Assembly (NCBI GenBank): GCA_051362555.1
Contig: CM120643.1
Span: 16,620,848-16,684,847, forward strand
Direction: 5' to 3'
Source of the DNA: Lingula anatina
Taxonomy: Eukaryota > Animalia > Brachiopoda
Length of the DNA stretch: 64,000 nt
Shown here: positions 1-13,281 of the stretch, one piece after another
Layout of the letters: every line of letters begins with the position of its first letter
Position numbering within the stretch: the first letter of the stretch is position 1
Program-made: the position numbers and the translations under genes
The notes under the pieces: generated by a model
Seen by the model: the letters and a program-made list of their open reading frames with translations, nothing else
The model's database searches: none
Told to the model about the DNA's origin: nothing

Positions 1-987
1 GCCCTTGTTAACTAATCAGTGGTAGTACATTTTAATTTGCTTTATGTGAGTGCTTAATAGACCTCTTGTCAAAGTTTGATTCACTGACACACTTAGTATT
101 TAGGGAAACAACAGAGAGAGGGTGAGAGAGAGGGAAATAAAGCTTGTGGGTATGCGCACATGGGCAGGGGGGGGGAAGAGGGAGGAGATGTGATCTAAAG
201 CTGTTACAGAAATGTTAAGGTGTATTATTGATGTGATTGGTTAAGTTTGGGATTTTAGGTTTTTAGAGACTAACAGTTCCATCATTTTTTTCCAAAGAAA
301 AAGGGGTAGAACAGCAAGGTAAGATCATAAGGTTTTTAATGTGTTACTTTAGTTAAGGAGTGAACTGTTTTTGTGTAATTAATTTTCATCTGGTGTATAT
401 TTCTTCCAGTGTGATTGAACTACTCTTAGTGATCTGGTAGATGGACACAATTGACTTCTGCTGATTTGCTGTCCAGACTTTTTAGCTCTTTATTGTCATG
501 ATAATCTATTATTCAAACTGTAAAAAGGCTTCAGATTTTTCAACAGCAGTTTTAAAATTCCCAGTGTGGCAAAATTTTATCCATTTATCTCATCGTAAAC
601 AATTAGTTTTTAACTTCATAAAGCTTTGTTTATCAGTGCTGTGTTTCTTTGTAAGTTCAAACTGTCAAAAGTATAGCTATTTTGTAATTGAAAGCCAAGG
701 CCTGTGGCATGATGAATTTGTAATAATTGTCTTGTGACATGAATTTTCAGGGCTATAAGACTGTTAAAAGTTGACTTCCTCCTTTGTCCATATTTTCACC
801 AACTGTTGCAATATATTTGATATTTATCTCAATTGATATATTTGTTAACATTCCACTATTTTCTAAAGAAGCTGCTTTTGCCCCTGAACTTTGTAGGTAT
901 TCCTTTTTAAACCTGTTGATGGTTCTACCCAGATTGTATTTTTCCTACTGGTTTTGATAATATTATTATTTATTATTATTATTCCAG

Positions 988-2933
988 TTCCCCAGGTTTT
1001 CTGCAGACCTCGGGCAACAGCTCATCCACCAGTGGCAGTTCAGCACAGCTCACACCCAGGAAACCCAAGTCTAAGAGTACCTCCTCCCGCGGCAGCACCA
1101 CCTCTACCCTGACACCGTCACCATCTCCCACACCAGGGAAGGTAAGCTGTCAGTCCTCCGCAGGGGTCATGTGTGGTTGATGGTAACTGTTAGTAATGAG
1201 AGATTGTGTATTTTTTTCTCATTGTTGAAGGCATTTGGCTAGATTTCATTGTGAGATCACTTGGCACAATTTATCAGTTTGTATATGATTGTAAGATAAC
1301 ACAATTTTTTTACATGAATCATACTGAGTCTTTGGGAGTTTTTATAGTTCTCATTGTTCATTTCTCTGTTTTCATTGTAAGTGAAGGTAAAACAACAGAG
1401 CCCTATTAGATGTGTTATTTTCTCACTGATCAAGCCACTGCCTAGTTTTAACATACCAGTTAGGTAAAAGTAACGGTTTACAATTTAAGCAATGTCTAAA
1501 TAACTAATTATTTATCTTCACAGCAAGCCAAGGGGCCATCAGCTCCTAGCTCAGGCAGCCGTTCCAGCTCCTCTAACACCAAGACCAACCCTGCCGACCC
1601 TGAGGACCAGGGGGACCTGGGGGGTATTCTGAAGAAGCTGTCCTTGGAGAGGTATCAACCTATATTTGAGGAACAGGAGGTTAGTGAGCTTGACAGGCTG
1701 AGTCAGAATGCTGATGAAAAATATTGATGAAATTACCATGAATTGGCTACTTGTTGCTTTTAGGATTTTGTATGTGATTCCCTATAATCTGTATGATGTT
1801 ATCTTGACTAACTGGTAAAAATTTTTAGAATTCTTTGATATTTTTTATGTGGACAAATCCAATAAAGAAACGTTAGCTAAGTAACAGATCAAATTATAGC
1901 ACGTCAAGATTTCATGTATATCAAGTCTTTTCGAAATAATTGGATAGAAAATTTGTGTAGGCTAAGGTTTCATGATGTTGCCTTGAAGAAGTCCTCATTT
2001 TCACTGACAGGTGGACATGGAGGCCTTCCTCACCCTATCCGATGCTGACCTACAGGAACTGGGCATAGACAGCAATGAACCTAGGAAACAGATCCTCTCT
2101 GCCATTTCTGAGCTCAACTCAGGGAAGGTATGGGCCAAAGCTTTTGGACATTTAACATAGCTAAATGATTTTTTCTTTCAAAAATGTGTCAGGCATTGCA
2201 GCAATCGGATTAATGCTTGTAGGATTGGCATGATTTCATTTGCTTTTCATATAGGGCGTAAGCACGTTGTTTCAACAAATAAGGGTTTATCCTTTGTCAC
2301 ATAAAAAACAATTATTGTTATAAGTATAGTGTTGCCATGTCATGAAACCAACTTAAGATGAGCATCACCAAGTATTATCTTCTATGCAAGTTGTTCTTTG
2401 CAAGCTCATGTAGGTAAACTTTGTTAATTTTAGGGGCGAGAGAGGCGAAGATTGCATGAAACCATGACCAACTTTCAGAACACATTTACTGACAGTGGTA
2501 AGTGGAATGAAAGCTTCCCAATTTTAGACAAAAATTGTTGATATCAAACAGATGTTATTTTTACATTATTGTCACTTTTAAAAGAGGAGTCACTTTTCAG
2601 ATGCTTAGTATGCATAGCTTTTAAAAAGAAGCGGGGTTTTATTTTGAAGAAAAAAAATTTTGGTAACCTTGTAACTGATTACAGAGAAAGTAGCTGAAGT
2701 GTACCATATGTGCAGTATATCAGCCATAAGAGTGAAAGCTTGTAATCAGTTGAAAGTCCATTTCCATGATTTCATTGCTCTAGTCCCATTAACTGTTCCT
2801 TTAAGAGAACCACAGGCTAAATGTTATCTATTTCACAGGTCCTGGGAGCAGTGGAGGCACAGTGGGAAGATGGAGTCTACAAGAAGAACCAGGGATACGC
2901 GGAGAGACAAGTGCCAAGTCCAGAGCATCCTGA
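988..2933 (+). CDS. ANKS6: ANKS6 (ankyrin repeat and SAM domain protein 6), last five coding exons: 988-1141, 1524-1679, 2011-2127, 2434-2497, 2839-2933 (stop TGA). The 5' part lies upstream of the window.
   Basis: GT-AG exons join in phase to give ...[13 protein letters not shown]...[75 protein letters not shown]. This closely resembles the vertebrate ANKS6 SAM domain and its C-terminal tail as I recall them. AATAAA signals at ~5132 and ~5182. Confidence 0.92.
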
Positions 2934-3365
2934 CACACAGTGTCTCAGTGACAGTTTAGGTGATCAGGACACAGTGACAGTTCAGAGCATCTTAGCACAA
3001 TGTTACAGTGACAGTTCAGTAATTATGTCACAGTGACAGTTCAGGCAATTATGACATAGTGTCACTGTGATAGCACAGGGCATCATTACAGTGTCACAGT
3101 GAAAGCACAGGACACCATGACTCAGTGTCACAGTGACAGCACAGGACATCATAACAGTGTCACAGTGACAGCACGGGACACCACGGCTCAGCATCACAGT
3201 GACAGTTCAGGCAATCATGACACGATGTGAAAACGGCAGCTGTTAATCTGCCATGTCTTGGATTATTCTGCCATGTGGCTACAACACAACCACATAGTGT
3301 CACAGTGACAGTGCAGGGCATCTGACATTATGTCACCATGACAGTCCATGATATCCTGACATAAG
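2918..3365 (+). repeat. Degenerate ~35-bp minisatellite overlapping the ANKS6 stop codon and proximal 3' UTR
   Basis: About 10 copies of a unit resembling ACAGTGTCACAGTGACAGTTCAGGCAATCATGAC. The core TGTCAC-A-GTGACA is an inverted repeat. Confidence 0.85.
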
Positions 3366-5419
3366 GCCACATGTTGTTTGTGATCACCTTGCTCACCCCT
3401 GCTTCTGCACCCCTGAGTCAGAGAAGAAATATCTTCAATGACACATTAAAACAGTTGAGATAACACCTTACTGTAATAGAACATGCCACTGTGATACTTG
3501 GCTCAGGAATAAAATGCCCAGTGACACATGGCCATCTGATGTCTCCAGATGGTGAGGGACCATGTCAATGTTAACTGGTCTATATATAATATGCAGAGGC
3601 TGACCAATGTCTTTTCATTGGACACCACACAGTTCTGCAACAGCAGAGGTCTTACAATGTGCAAATACATAGATTACCATGTCATTGACTAGAATAACAC
3701 CTGAAAAAAAGGGACCCACTTATTTAAAAAAAATGTGACGAATTGTGCACAGAGTTGGAGACTCTAAGGACAGCGACATGTCTTACATATCTTATCTAAC
3801 TGTGGCAGTGCTTGGCCAGTTGGCAAGTTCTGTCTTATCCCACCATGGAGGGCATATTCTCCACGTAGTCTCATTCAGTAGTCACAGCCAGTATTAATAT
3901 TAAAAAGAAAACGATGTGGTACCATGACAGGGCAAAGTGGAAAGAAAGAATGTGCTCTTTCGTTGATGGGTATTTTGCAACGTTTTGTATTTTTGCTCTT
4001 TTTTTTTACTTTTTAAAGTTTGCATTTTTTTTGCAGATAAGTTCCCATATATTGGTATTGTGCACAGTTTCAAAGTAATTTTTCTTACTTATTTCAGAAT
4101 AGTTCCCATGTTGATTCACTACACTATCAGAGTCACAACTATACATTAAAAATATGATCTTATATTAAGAAGAGGATTTTGGTTTTTATATATATATATT
4201 CACTTATTTCTAACACAGCACTTCTTATAGAGAAGAGGCACTGCCAGGCAGGTCTGTAAATTGCAGATCTTTTTCTGCTGACCTCTTGCCTTTTTGGCTA
4301 AATCTCTGTCCTGTCCACATAACTAATACAAAAATATTAAAATTTTTATTTGTATAACAAGCATCAATAACTGTTTAATCTTGACATTTATATTGTCTGT
4401 GTTAATTCAGTGTTAAATTTCGCATTTGTAAAAGCAATTTTGAACATATGTATTTTTCTGACGGTTCACAAACTAATTACTAGAGAAATGGAGAGTATAT
4501 TAGGTCCTTTTATCTTTTGGTAAGAGGCTAAGGTCTCCACTGGTTCAAAGAGTGCACTAAACATAAGTGGATGTAATGAAAAATTGTAACCAAATGATTA
4601 CCCTCTTTTGTACCAAAGACTGCACAATCAACTAATCATGCACCCTGATATGAATTCAAATTTTCTGTTTAGTTATGTTTATGGGTTGCAAATATTTACG
4701 TGCATCTGTAAGCCTGTGAAAGAGCACTTGGAAGTTTTAATAACAGTTAAAAAGCACTTCAAAGTTTTAACAATGGCAATTGAAAGGGAATATTTAATTA
4801 GAGTGCAATCCTTATAGCCGAATGATCTCATTTTTTAATGTAATTGCATATGTTTATTATTTGAATAATATTTCATTGTGGCACCGTATGTATGTGAGAT
4901 TTGTTTCTCCTGTAAGGGTGTCCAGATGTTAGAGATAATCCTATTTTTTCATCAGGCTTACCAGTGATAATTGCAATGTAAAAAAACTGCTGATAAGTTT
5001 AGCAATACGTAGTGCCAGTGATTATATAAATGTATATATTTCTAGAATATAGATATATTGGAACATGTATATCATATAGGTAAGTGTTTATGGAAATATT
5101 TTCCCAGAAAACGTACTTGTATTTGTCCCCTAATAAAGGGTATCTTTGGTGCACTCCAGAGATGAATCCTTAAAAGATGTGAATAAATTACATTATAATT
5201 CATTTATGATGTTTCTTTATTTATTTTTTCATTGTATTTATTTCATTATTTCTTCATTTGTTTAAAAAATGACAAGACAGCAACAGTCAAAGATATATAC
5301 CGTATCACATTGTGACGACACAGTCGATATGACGTCACCATGTTTATAGATACGCCTCCGCCCATTTCTGCCTAGCAGCAAAATGGATACGGACGTGCAT
5401 AAGCACCGTTACGTGCAAT

Positions 5420-6524
5420 ATGGATTCGCAGAGTAAAATATTGATAATTTGTATAATACTTAGTTTTGTATGTGGATGCTGGATCGGTACACTGTACTAC
5501 CAGTTCAATAGGTAAGTGGTTAAACCGAAATATCATAGGGATTTCGCTCAGTTGAGAAGCCTTATATTACTATCGCTTTGCTGCCTCCTGGGAATGTAAC
5601 AAAGGGAAGTAATCAGCTCTGACTTGGATAAAGATGAAATTTAGCAACGTGTTCATTTAGTTTTGCATATTTGTATGTAAACCCACCCTCCCTCAACAAT
5701 AACAGGGTTAGTCACGCAAAAGACCATAAATTATTCTCAAATCAGCACATCGGAGAATCCGATCGTTAACATTTATTTTCTACTAAACGTTATAGAACAT
5801 TGAAAACATCATTACGATTTCAGTGCCAATGACATCGCACAAGTGAACATCAGCATTCACATAACAAAGGACAACAGAGTTGTCCGCGTCACTTCAGAAA
5901 GAGGTAAGAGCAACTTCTGGTGTTTTATTGAGAGTTAATAGGTTTTAATTCCTCACTGTAGTCTGAAGGCAGAGGGGAGAGAAGTTCGGTATTGCTTTGC
6001 AACTCTTCAAAGTTTACGTTTTCATACATATTTTTTTGTTCCAAGCAAGATACGTATATCGGATATGAATTAGATATACAATCAAGTTGAGATTATAATA
6101 AGATCATGGCACAACCAGCAAGAGAGGAAGAATCAAATCATCTGGATGCTTTTAATTTAAAAAAAAATTAGTTTCACTTGAGCATTGTGCGGCTGGCTTT
6201 CTAGGGTACTAATTTACGTCTGTGTGATGATTTATACTTTACGTATAGGTCATTTTCATTCTCTCTCTCTGCAAATAGGATAATGATCTTGTATATTTAT
6301 TCAGAATTCTCTGAAAATTTCAAGCAATTTGTGCCTCTTCATGGTTATTTTCTGTTTGTTCAGTTGACCAGCCTCCTCCCATCCAGGCAGTCAACATTAC
6401 ATCTTGGATACCTAGGACTGAAGTACTGGACAGGGACACGGTAGAGAGCGGAATCAAAGATCAACCTGAACAACTTAGTGGTAAAGTATTTATTGATATT
6501 CACAATATCTTCTTCTATTCTACT

Positions 6525-6564
<40 letters not shown>

Positions 6565-7871
6565 ATAGTTCAGATATGATCTAGTATATATATATATATT
6601 CAGAATACTCTGAAAACCCTAGTCAATTTATTTATTCATTTTCTGATATATTTCAGTTCCAGTCCTAGTTGCCGCAGCTAGTCAGGAGTCTCAACCACCG
6701 ATGAACCTGACTATTCAGAGTCACCCCATCGTGAGAGACCAGGCTGAAGACTCTGTAACTGGCAGGACCGTTACTTCTCCTTACTTTACGTATTTGGAGA
6801 TTAGAACCCGCCAGTGTCCTTCACTTCTGCCAACTGGACCTGCCGCTGGGATGGACAGTGATATCCCTGGTAAAGTGACATATTCCAAGTTTCCAAGATA
6901 TATTCTATATAAAGTATACATATATTATAAACTTAGAGTATTACAGACATACACTGTATGGCACTGTTTCCCTCTTTGGATATGTGCCCCACAGCACTCC
7001 CACAAAAAATCAACATCTATTTATCAAAATTTTGGGGAGGGTGGGAGGGGTAGGCTATTGTAATAATTATGCAGATGAATGGCTTTAAAATATAGTTTTT
7101 TCATTCCATTTTAAACTTCAGCCGACGAGTCTTGCCCAGAGTTCACAGCACCAGAGCATAGGAACCTGACTCCGCCGCATGACTCCATCTTGGTAGGAGA
7201 CACTGAAGAAGTTGTTAGAGCAATGCCCCTAAGGTTCACAAATTTATTCCTGGAAATAAGGACCCCTCAGGCCTTCTGCACAGCGCCAACCAGGCATGTC
7301 TCTGGAAAGAATGTGGATGTCTCTGGTGGGTTACTTCTAAATCTTTCATTTTTGAATAAGGCTTTTAGGTATCGAGCTTATTGTGTCAGTAATACGTACA
7401 AAATTTATATCCACAATGGAAATTGAGATCGACAACTGCACGGTACTCTACACCCTAGTATTGAATAATAATGAATATTTTCAATTAAAGGAGTAAAACT
7501 GATTCTCACGCCTGAATACTCTGAAAGCATTTTCTGAAAACTTACCCATATACTTGGTCACTGTGATTCATATTTGTTTTACTACATTTTGTTTCAGTCG
7601 CTGAATCTTGTTCAAAGATCACACAGTCGGAACCCGGGAACCTCACTCTCCCGGCGTACTTCCCAAGAGCGGAGAACGGGGGATATGGTGTCACAGGAAG
7701 AACCGTTACATCTCATACAGAAACATTCCACGAGTTTCAAACCCAGCTTCACCCAACTCCGACACAAACTGGTTAGTATACTTCTTCTGCTACTACGACT
7801 ACTACCGCCACTGCCATTACTACTACCACGACTACTATTGTTGCTGTTGCTGCTTCTGCTACTTCTACTGT

Positions 7872-7903
<32 letters not shown>

Positions 7904-10900
7904 TTGCTGATAATAATAATACGTACCGCAACACAAATAAGTTGGGATGTACACGGTAAAGATTTAGTTTAAAGAGAATATACCAAACATGTATGATATC
8001 TGGTAAGCTGCTGATAGTCTGCTATAATATGTTACGTTCAGGTCTCAAGTTGTATTTTAAAATGCCGAGAAAACTGTCTTTAGTTGAATCCTTTCTACTA
8101 TCACTCCCAGTTCACGGCATATTTCTTTTGCAACCGATGACAGCTAGTACGTTCGTTGTAAAATTGTTTGATTTGTATTTTCTTTTATAATTTTCCTCTC
8201 AGATGCACCATTCGGGATTTACAGCTTGGCGGACTCCTTCATGTCCAGCCTTAGCGCCGCTGTGGAATTCTTGAAGGAAGCTCTTATTGGCACTTGTGGT
8301 AAGTAATCCTTTGTACTAGTATTTCAATGAGTTATACAAGAAATTATTCTGATATTTGTAAACAGATCGCTTTGATGGTTTTCCTGTAACTTTGTGTATT
8401 ATAATACTATTTGTCGAACAAGTGCATAATATTTTACCACAATGAAGCTATTGCCATCAATCAACAGCTGCTGGCTGCAAATTGTTATACATGTTAATAT
8501 ACCATCTAAAATATTGTTTTGAAACGTTTACATCAAAACTCGATTGAATTTGATATATGATTAATTTGTATTAGACCAGACCCTACTCTTTGTATTATTT
8601 TGCTACTTCTCTTCAAGCATTTCTACTTAATAAAATTAATCTGCTAATCCATTCCCTTGTTATTTTTAGGAAATAATCAATTTGGACGCTCTGAAGACCT
8701 AAGTGTTAGGTCCACCAGACAACGTATACGTGGCAAATACGTCATCAGGTGCGAGAAAAGACTCGAGCCACGCGCAGCGTATACTGGGGACCTCTTGCAT
8801 ACTGCCGCCAAATGTTGGAACAACTCACGTGATGCAATAGACAATGACTTAACCAGAACGTGTGCAAACAGCGGTAGGCGCTTTAATCTGTTCTCTTGTC
8901 AGTCTTTGCGGGATTTACTTTGCAAAAACAAAACAAAAAAAAAAAAATGCCAATTTAGTGTGATCTACATTTGCCACGCATTCGATCAGTTGTTATATGG
9001 AGTCTGTTTACTGACAAAGAAATATTATAATCATTTTATTATATAATATATGATATAATCATATTGTATGTAAACGATTACATTTTTTGACTTTTTAACA
9101 TTATTATTATTATTATTATTATTATCATTATTATTATTAATTCTTCATTCCAGCCTTTCAGCGGCGCCCGGCCCTCGACCTAGCCGGGTTATATGCACAT
9201 TCTAGGCCCCCACTTAGCATTACGGAAAGATTCACGTATCAGGACAGCTCAGGACAACCGGACAAATCATGGAATGAAGTCGGCTCTCAAATGGGTAAGT
9301 AATCTTGATATCCAATTTTATTTTTTTAAGTTCTTACACAGGCGCTTTTGTATTTCGGGTTATAGACTGTTTGTTTGCCAGTTGTCTGTATTTCTTGTTA
9401 CGTTTAGATTGTTAAATTTAATTTCATCCTTAAATTTGGAATAAAATGATTTTCAGTCGAGACCGTAGTTGAAGTGGTGCTGAAAACGTTGAATGTGACG
9501 TCAGACAAAATGGTAATATGGACGGAGAAGATCACCGAAATGGTTGCAGATCGATCCCGAAAATGGGCGGGTATGTTTGCAATAAACCTCGATGCTTGGG
9601 TGACAAAAGTCCGTGGTGACCTTTTTGGAAACGAGTCGCCAAAATCCACTGCATGCGGACATCACAAAAGCACCGTGGTAAGAGGTGGCTGTGAACGCGT
9701 CTACGACGCGTCAGAATGGGTGTCCCAAACCCTGACAGATTTTCCAGAGTTCCAAGGATTTGAGTCTTTATACAGTTATTTCCAAGCTCCAGACCCACGA
9801 GAGAAAGCGTGCGGGGGCTATTCCAACACCTACGCCCAAGCGGTTTGCAGAATGTCATTCGATGCAGGTGTCTGGATCGATGTCTTCATGGAGGAGACAG
9901 GGAAATTTCTGGACACATACGTCATAGACCCCACCATGACGGCTTTAACGGACTTCCAGTACCTCTGGGAAAAGATGGGTGCCATTTCCGACACCATTGC
10001 AGAAGCCACTCGTCATGGGCTTGACTTTGGGAATAAGATCTCGGTCAAATTTCGCCAGATTATGGAGTCACAAGTGATAACCGGTAAGCCCACTTTAAAT
10101 GCGTATGAAATGAAAGATAAATTAAACTTGATGATTTCGTGGTATCAAAAACCCTCGTACAATAATGGCTAAGTCGTCACAAAATTGTAATCATTTGCAT
10201 TTTCATTTCTTTTTTTTTTTTTTTTTTTTTTTTTTGATTTTTTAAAATAAAATTTTACCTTTAAGCTTGGTTTCTTTTTTTAATTAGTTTTGTCTTCAAA
10301 TTTACATTAAAATGCATTCCAAAAATAAATAAGTGAAGTTGATTATTTCCATTCCTTCAGCCTACCTTCACGAGATCAGCCAGTCTGTAGCCCAATCTCT
10401 GGCCTTTCATGCAAAAATCGTGTGGACCACGTGCCGCAAAGTACTTGGAAAATGGTTTTATAACTTGGTGTATCGATACATGTATGTTTTTGTTGCCGTG
10501 TTTATCGTATTAGGTTGGTTGGCAACGGCGCTGTCTAAATGGAAAGGTAAATGTTCAAGATACATGTATATCATATGCACACGGTGTAAAAGTTTGTGAA
10601 TTCTGTTGTTAAAACGTTTCACTTTTAATTTGACAGCAATGACACCCTTCAAAACGAACCAATTTTTGTTTTGTGACGCAGTAGAAAATTTCATTTTCTT
10701 GTCATCATTACATGGCAATGAACTGAACGTGTATTGCTTCTGACTTGAAGCGCTTTCAATTTCTTCTCAAACTCTTTCGTTTCTCTTGCAGGTAGAAGAG
10801 TACGGGAAAAGTCCAGACAGCCTAGGAAGCTATCACAGAGCACGAAGACAGCACTGGGTCAAATTGTGACACGAATGAAGGAAGAAGAGCGATCAGCCGA

Positions 10901-12682
10901 ACGCACTCTGTCAAGGAAGTTAGAGAGGGAGATGCAGTGCACCAGTGCTCTTCATAGAGATCTGCTGGACGTCAAGGCCATGCACAACGAGGAACTGGAG
11001 AAGGAGGGCCTTCAGGATCGTTCTATCGCTATGATGCACGAAAATGCATACTTTTTGAACCAACTGCTGAGTAAGAAGAGAGGCAAAATCATCCACGACG
11101 ACTGGATCACGGGCCGGATGGTGAAATCCTTCCACAACAGCCACAGGTATTACGAGAACGAAGGGAGGAGGATGGACGCCGAGCGGGCCAGATGGAAAAG
11201 GTTTCTGCTGGAACAGCAGGAGATCGCGGAGAGAGAAGTCAAGGAATTGGAGGAAGCATTGCGAAGGCTTCCTCGCCGCGCTCCTTTGCCCACAGATGTC
11301 TCCGACGCAGGGGCTGACGAGGACACAACTGCGTCAGGCCAGGCAGACTCTCAGAATCCAGCGGAAACAACCTCTGAGACAGAGAAAAACAGGGGATTCT
11401 GGAAGCCGCCTGCAATCGATCGTTCTTCTTCAGCACACGGTAATAATTTATTTTCGCTTTGAAAAGGGTTTAACCTATATACCAATTAATATTCGAGTAT
11501 ATACTGTAAAATTGTATTTATAGCCCATCTGTCACCAGTCCCTTTAAAAATTGCGGAATAAGGGTAATTTCGTAGACAGAAAATGATGATAAGATTAAAG
11601 ATGATTAGGCACCATGACATCACGGTTGAATAAAACGATATCAAAAAAGTCTGATTTTCTTAAAGGTATTGATAAAATCGTGCCAGAGACCCCGATCAGA
11701 GCCTCCACTTCCTACCACATCGATACGCGTAACTCCATTATCAACAATGCCTCCAGGAACACAGACGAGCTTGTGGACCAGGATAACACCGATCAGGATG
11801 ACCGAACCAACGCAGAGGGCGCAGTGAGTGATGTTTATCGCGTGTTTTAAAACTTGAACGCTGAACGGTTATACTTTTTTCGGCGTCATTTTCTTATCTC
11901 ACTGTAAGTTTGATTACGTAATAAATAGGGTGTGCCATTACAATGTGACGACATCGATTGATTATAATTATCCAAATAATAATTGCCACCGCCTTTATTC
12001 ATTATAGGCGCCAAGGGTGAATTTGTCACGTGAGGATCGACTCAGCATCGTTTCGAAGCTCTTGTTTCCTTTGGGCCCCTACAAGCGGCTTACCAAACTG
12101 GAATACATGCGGATGAAGATTTGCCAGATTGGTTTGGAGCCAACAAGAGGGTCAATTGCCGACCGCGAAGACCCGGGGAAATTATGTGATGATGTTGTCA
12201 CTTTGATGGAGAACTCGGCTCCAACAGTCCCCTACCATGTACCATTACCCCAAGAAACACAAGAGAGGGCAGCGTGGTTGACCATTTCCCCTCCAACAAC
12301 ATATCCCGATAACAAGCCGAAATCTGCCAAACAACAGCAAGCGGAGGAAGACGAGGCATGGCTCTATCTGGAGGCTATGGACATGATGGACGTCCTGTCG
12401 GCCATTCACCCCAAGATGCCGCTGGAAGATCTGCGTCGACTTGCACACCTAAAGGTCTGGAGTGACAGAACAAACCAGCCTCGTTTGGTTATGAAAGTGG
12501 GGAGACGTGTGAATCGCTCCCGAGAAAGCCATGTGCAGACCAGCTTTTTCTTCCCGCTGCGGTGGATTAGTGGGAGACGCTACAGGGGTGACGCCATTGA
12601 CTACGGCCGATACCTCAACGCTATCAGGAGAGCGGCCAGATATGTTGTTGAGAACATCAACTGGTTAGACCTGCTTTCTTGA
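5420..12682 (+). CDS. Uncharacterised ~1204-aa membrane protein, 14 exons: 5420-5511, 5824-5903, 6364-6480, 6657-6869, 7122-7325, 7598-7771, 8203-8298, 8670-8873, 9154-9294, 9457-10083, 10361-10546, 10792-11439, 11666-11823, 12008-12682
   Basis: All 13 introns are GT-AG and phase-compatible with one open frame of 3615 nt. Features: N-terminal hydrophobic segment MDSQSKILIICIILSFVCGCWIGTLYY, several N-x-S/T sequons, a second TM (YMYVFVAVFIVLGWLATAL), an E/R-rich coiled coil, and an AATAAA near 12936. The model joins many separate ORFs in the track. Confidence 0.75.
6527..6560. repeat. (CT)n microsatellite
   Basis: Direct reading. Confidence 0.95.
7785..7920. repeat. (CTA)n/(CTG)n/(ATA)n trinucleotide microsatellite in an intron
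   Basis: Direct reading; it explains the poly-Leu and poly-Tyr ORFs at 7574-7972 and 7608-7910. Confidence 0.95.
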
Positions 12683-13281
12683 TTCTATCTTTAGATTCAC
12701 TAATATGACTTTATTCAGCTCTGTTTTGGACAGTAATTTTTGATTGTATCTTATTTTTCAACACAATGACTCTAACTGTACATATCATCTTTACTCAGCT
12801 TTGTCAATGACAGAAATTCTTGATTCTTTCTTATTTTTCACCACAAAGATTATCGCTTTAAATGTCATATTTTTCAACTTTGCTTTCTACAGAAATCTTT
12901 TGAATATTTTTATGTTATTTCGTCTTTCATTGGAATAATAAATGGATGTATTAAAATTTTTGGAGAGATAATTGCACAAAGAAGTGGTGAACGTTTATAT
13001 ACACTTTAAAAGGTCGAATAAAAGGTCAAATATGTTGTAAAAAAAGTAGCACAATTCAACTTATCATTAAAACGAATAAAACGTAACATTTGTCATCTTT
13101 TTATTTTTTTTTAAGTCAGATTTTTTTAAGGTTCATTTGAGAATATGTGACAGCTCAGTTCCAAACATGATCTGTAGCTTTCCTGACAACAATAAAAACG
13201 CACTGACCACAATATTCTAAAACGCGACTTCAAGCAAATACGAGGCGGAACTGCTATTGACGAAAATGCAGACTCCTCTAA

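Noticed and set aside
2918-3365. CRISPR-like appearance of palindromic ~35-bp repeats
   Set aside because: Head-to-tail degenerate units with no unique spacers, no cas genes, and a eukaryotic context.
5383-5436. Upstream ATG as the start of the unknown membrane protein
   Set aside because: It hits a stop after 17 codons or would need a ~31-nt intron; ATG 5420 gives a clean signal/TM exon.
7574-7972. Poly-Leu and poly-Tyr/Cys ORFs that look like TM or metal-binding proteins
   Set aside because: They are translations of an intronic (CTA)n microsatellite; the real exon uses a third frame.
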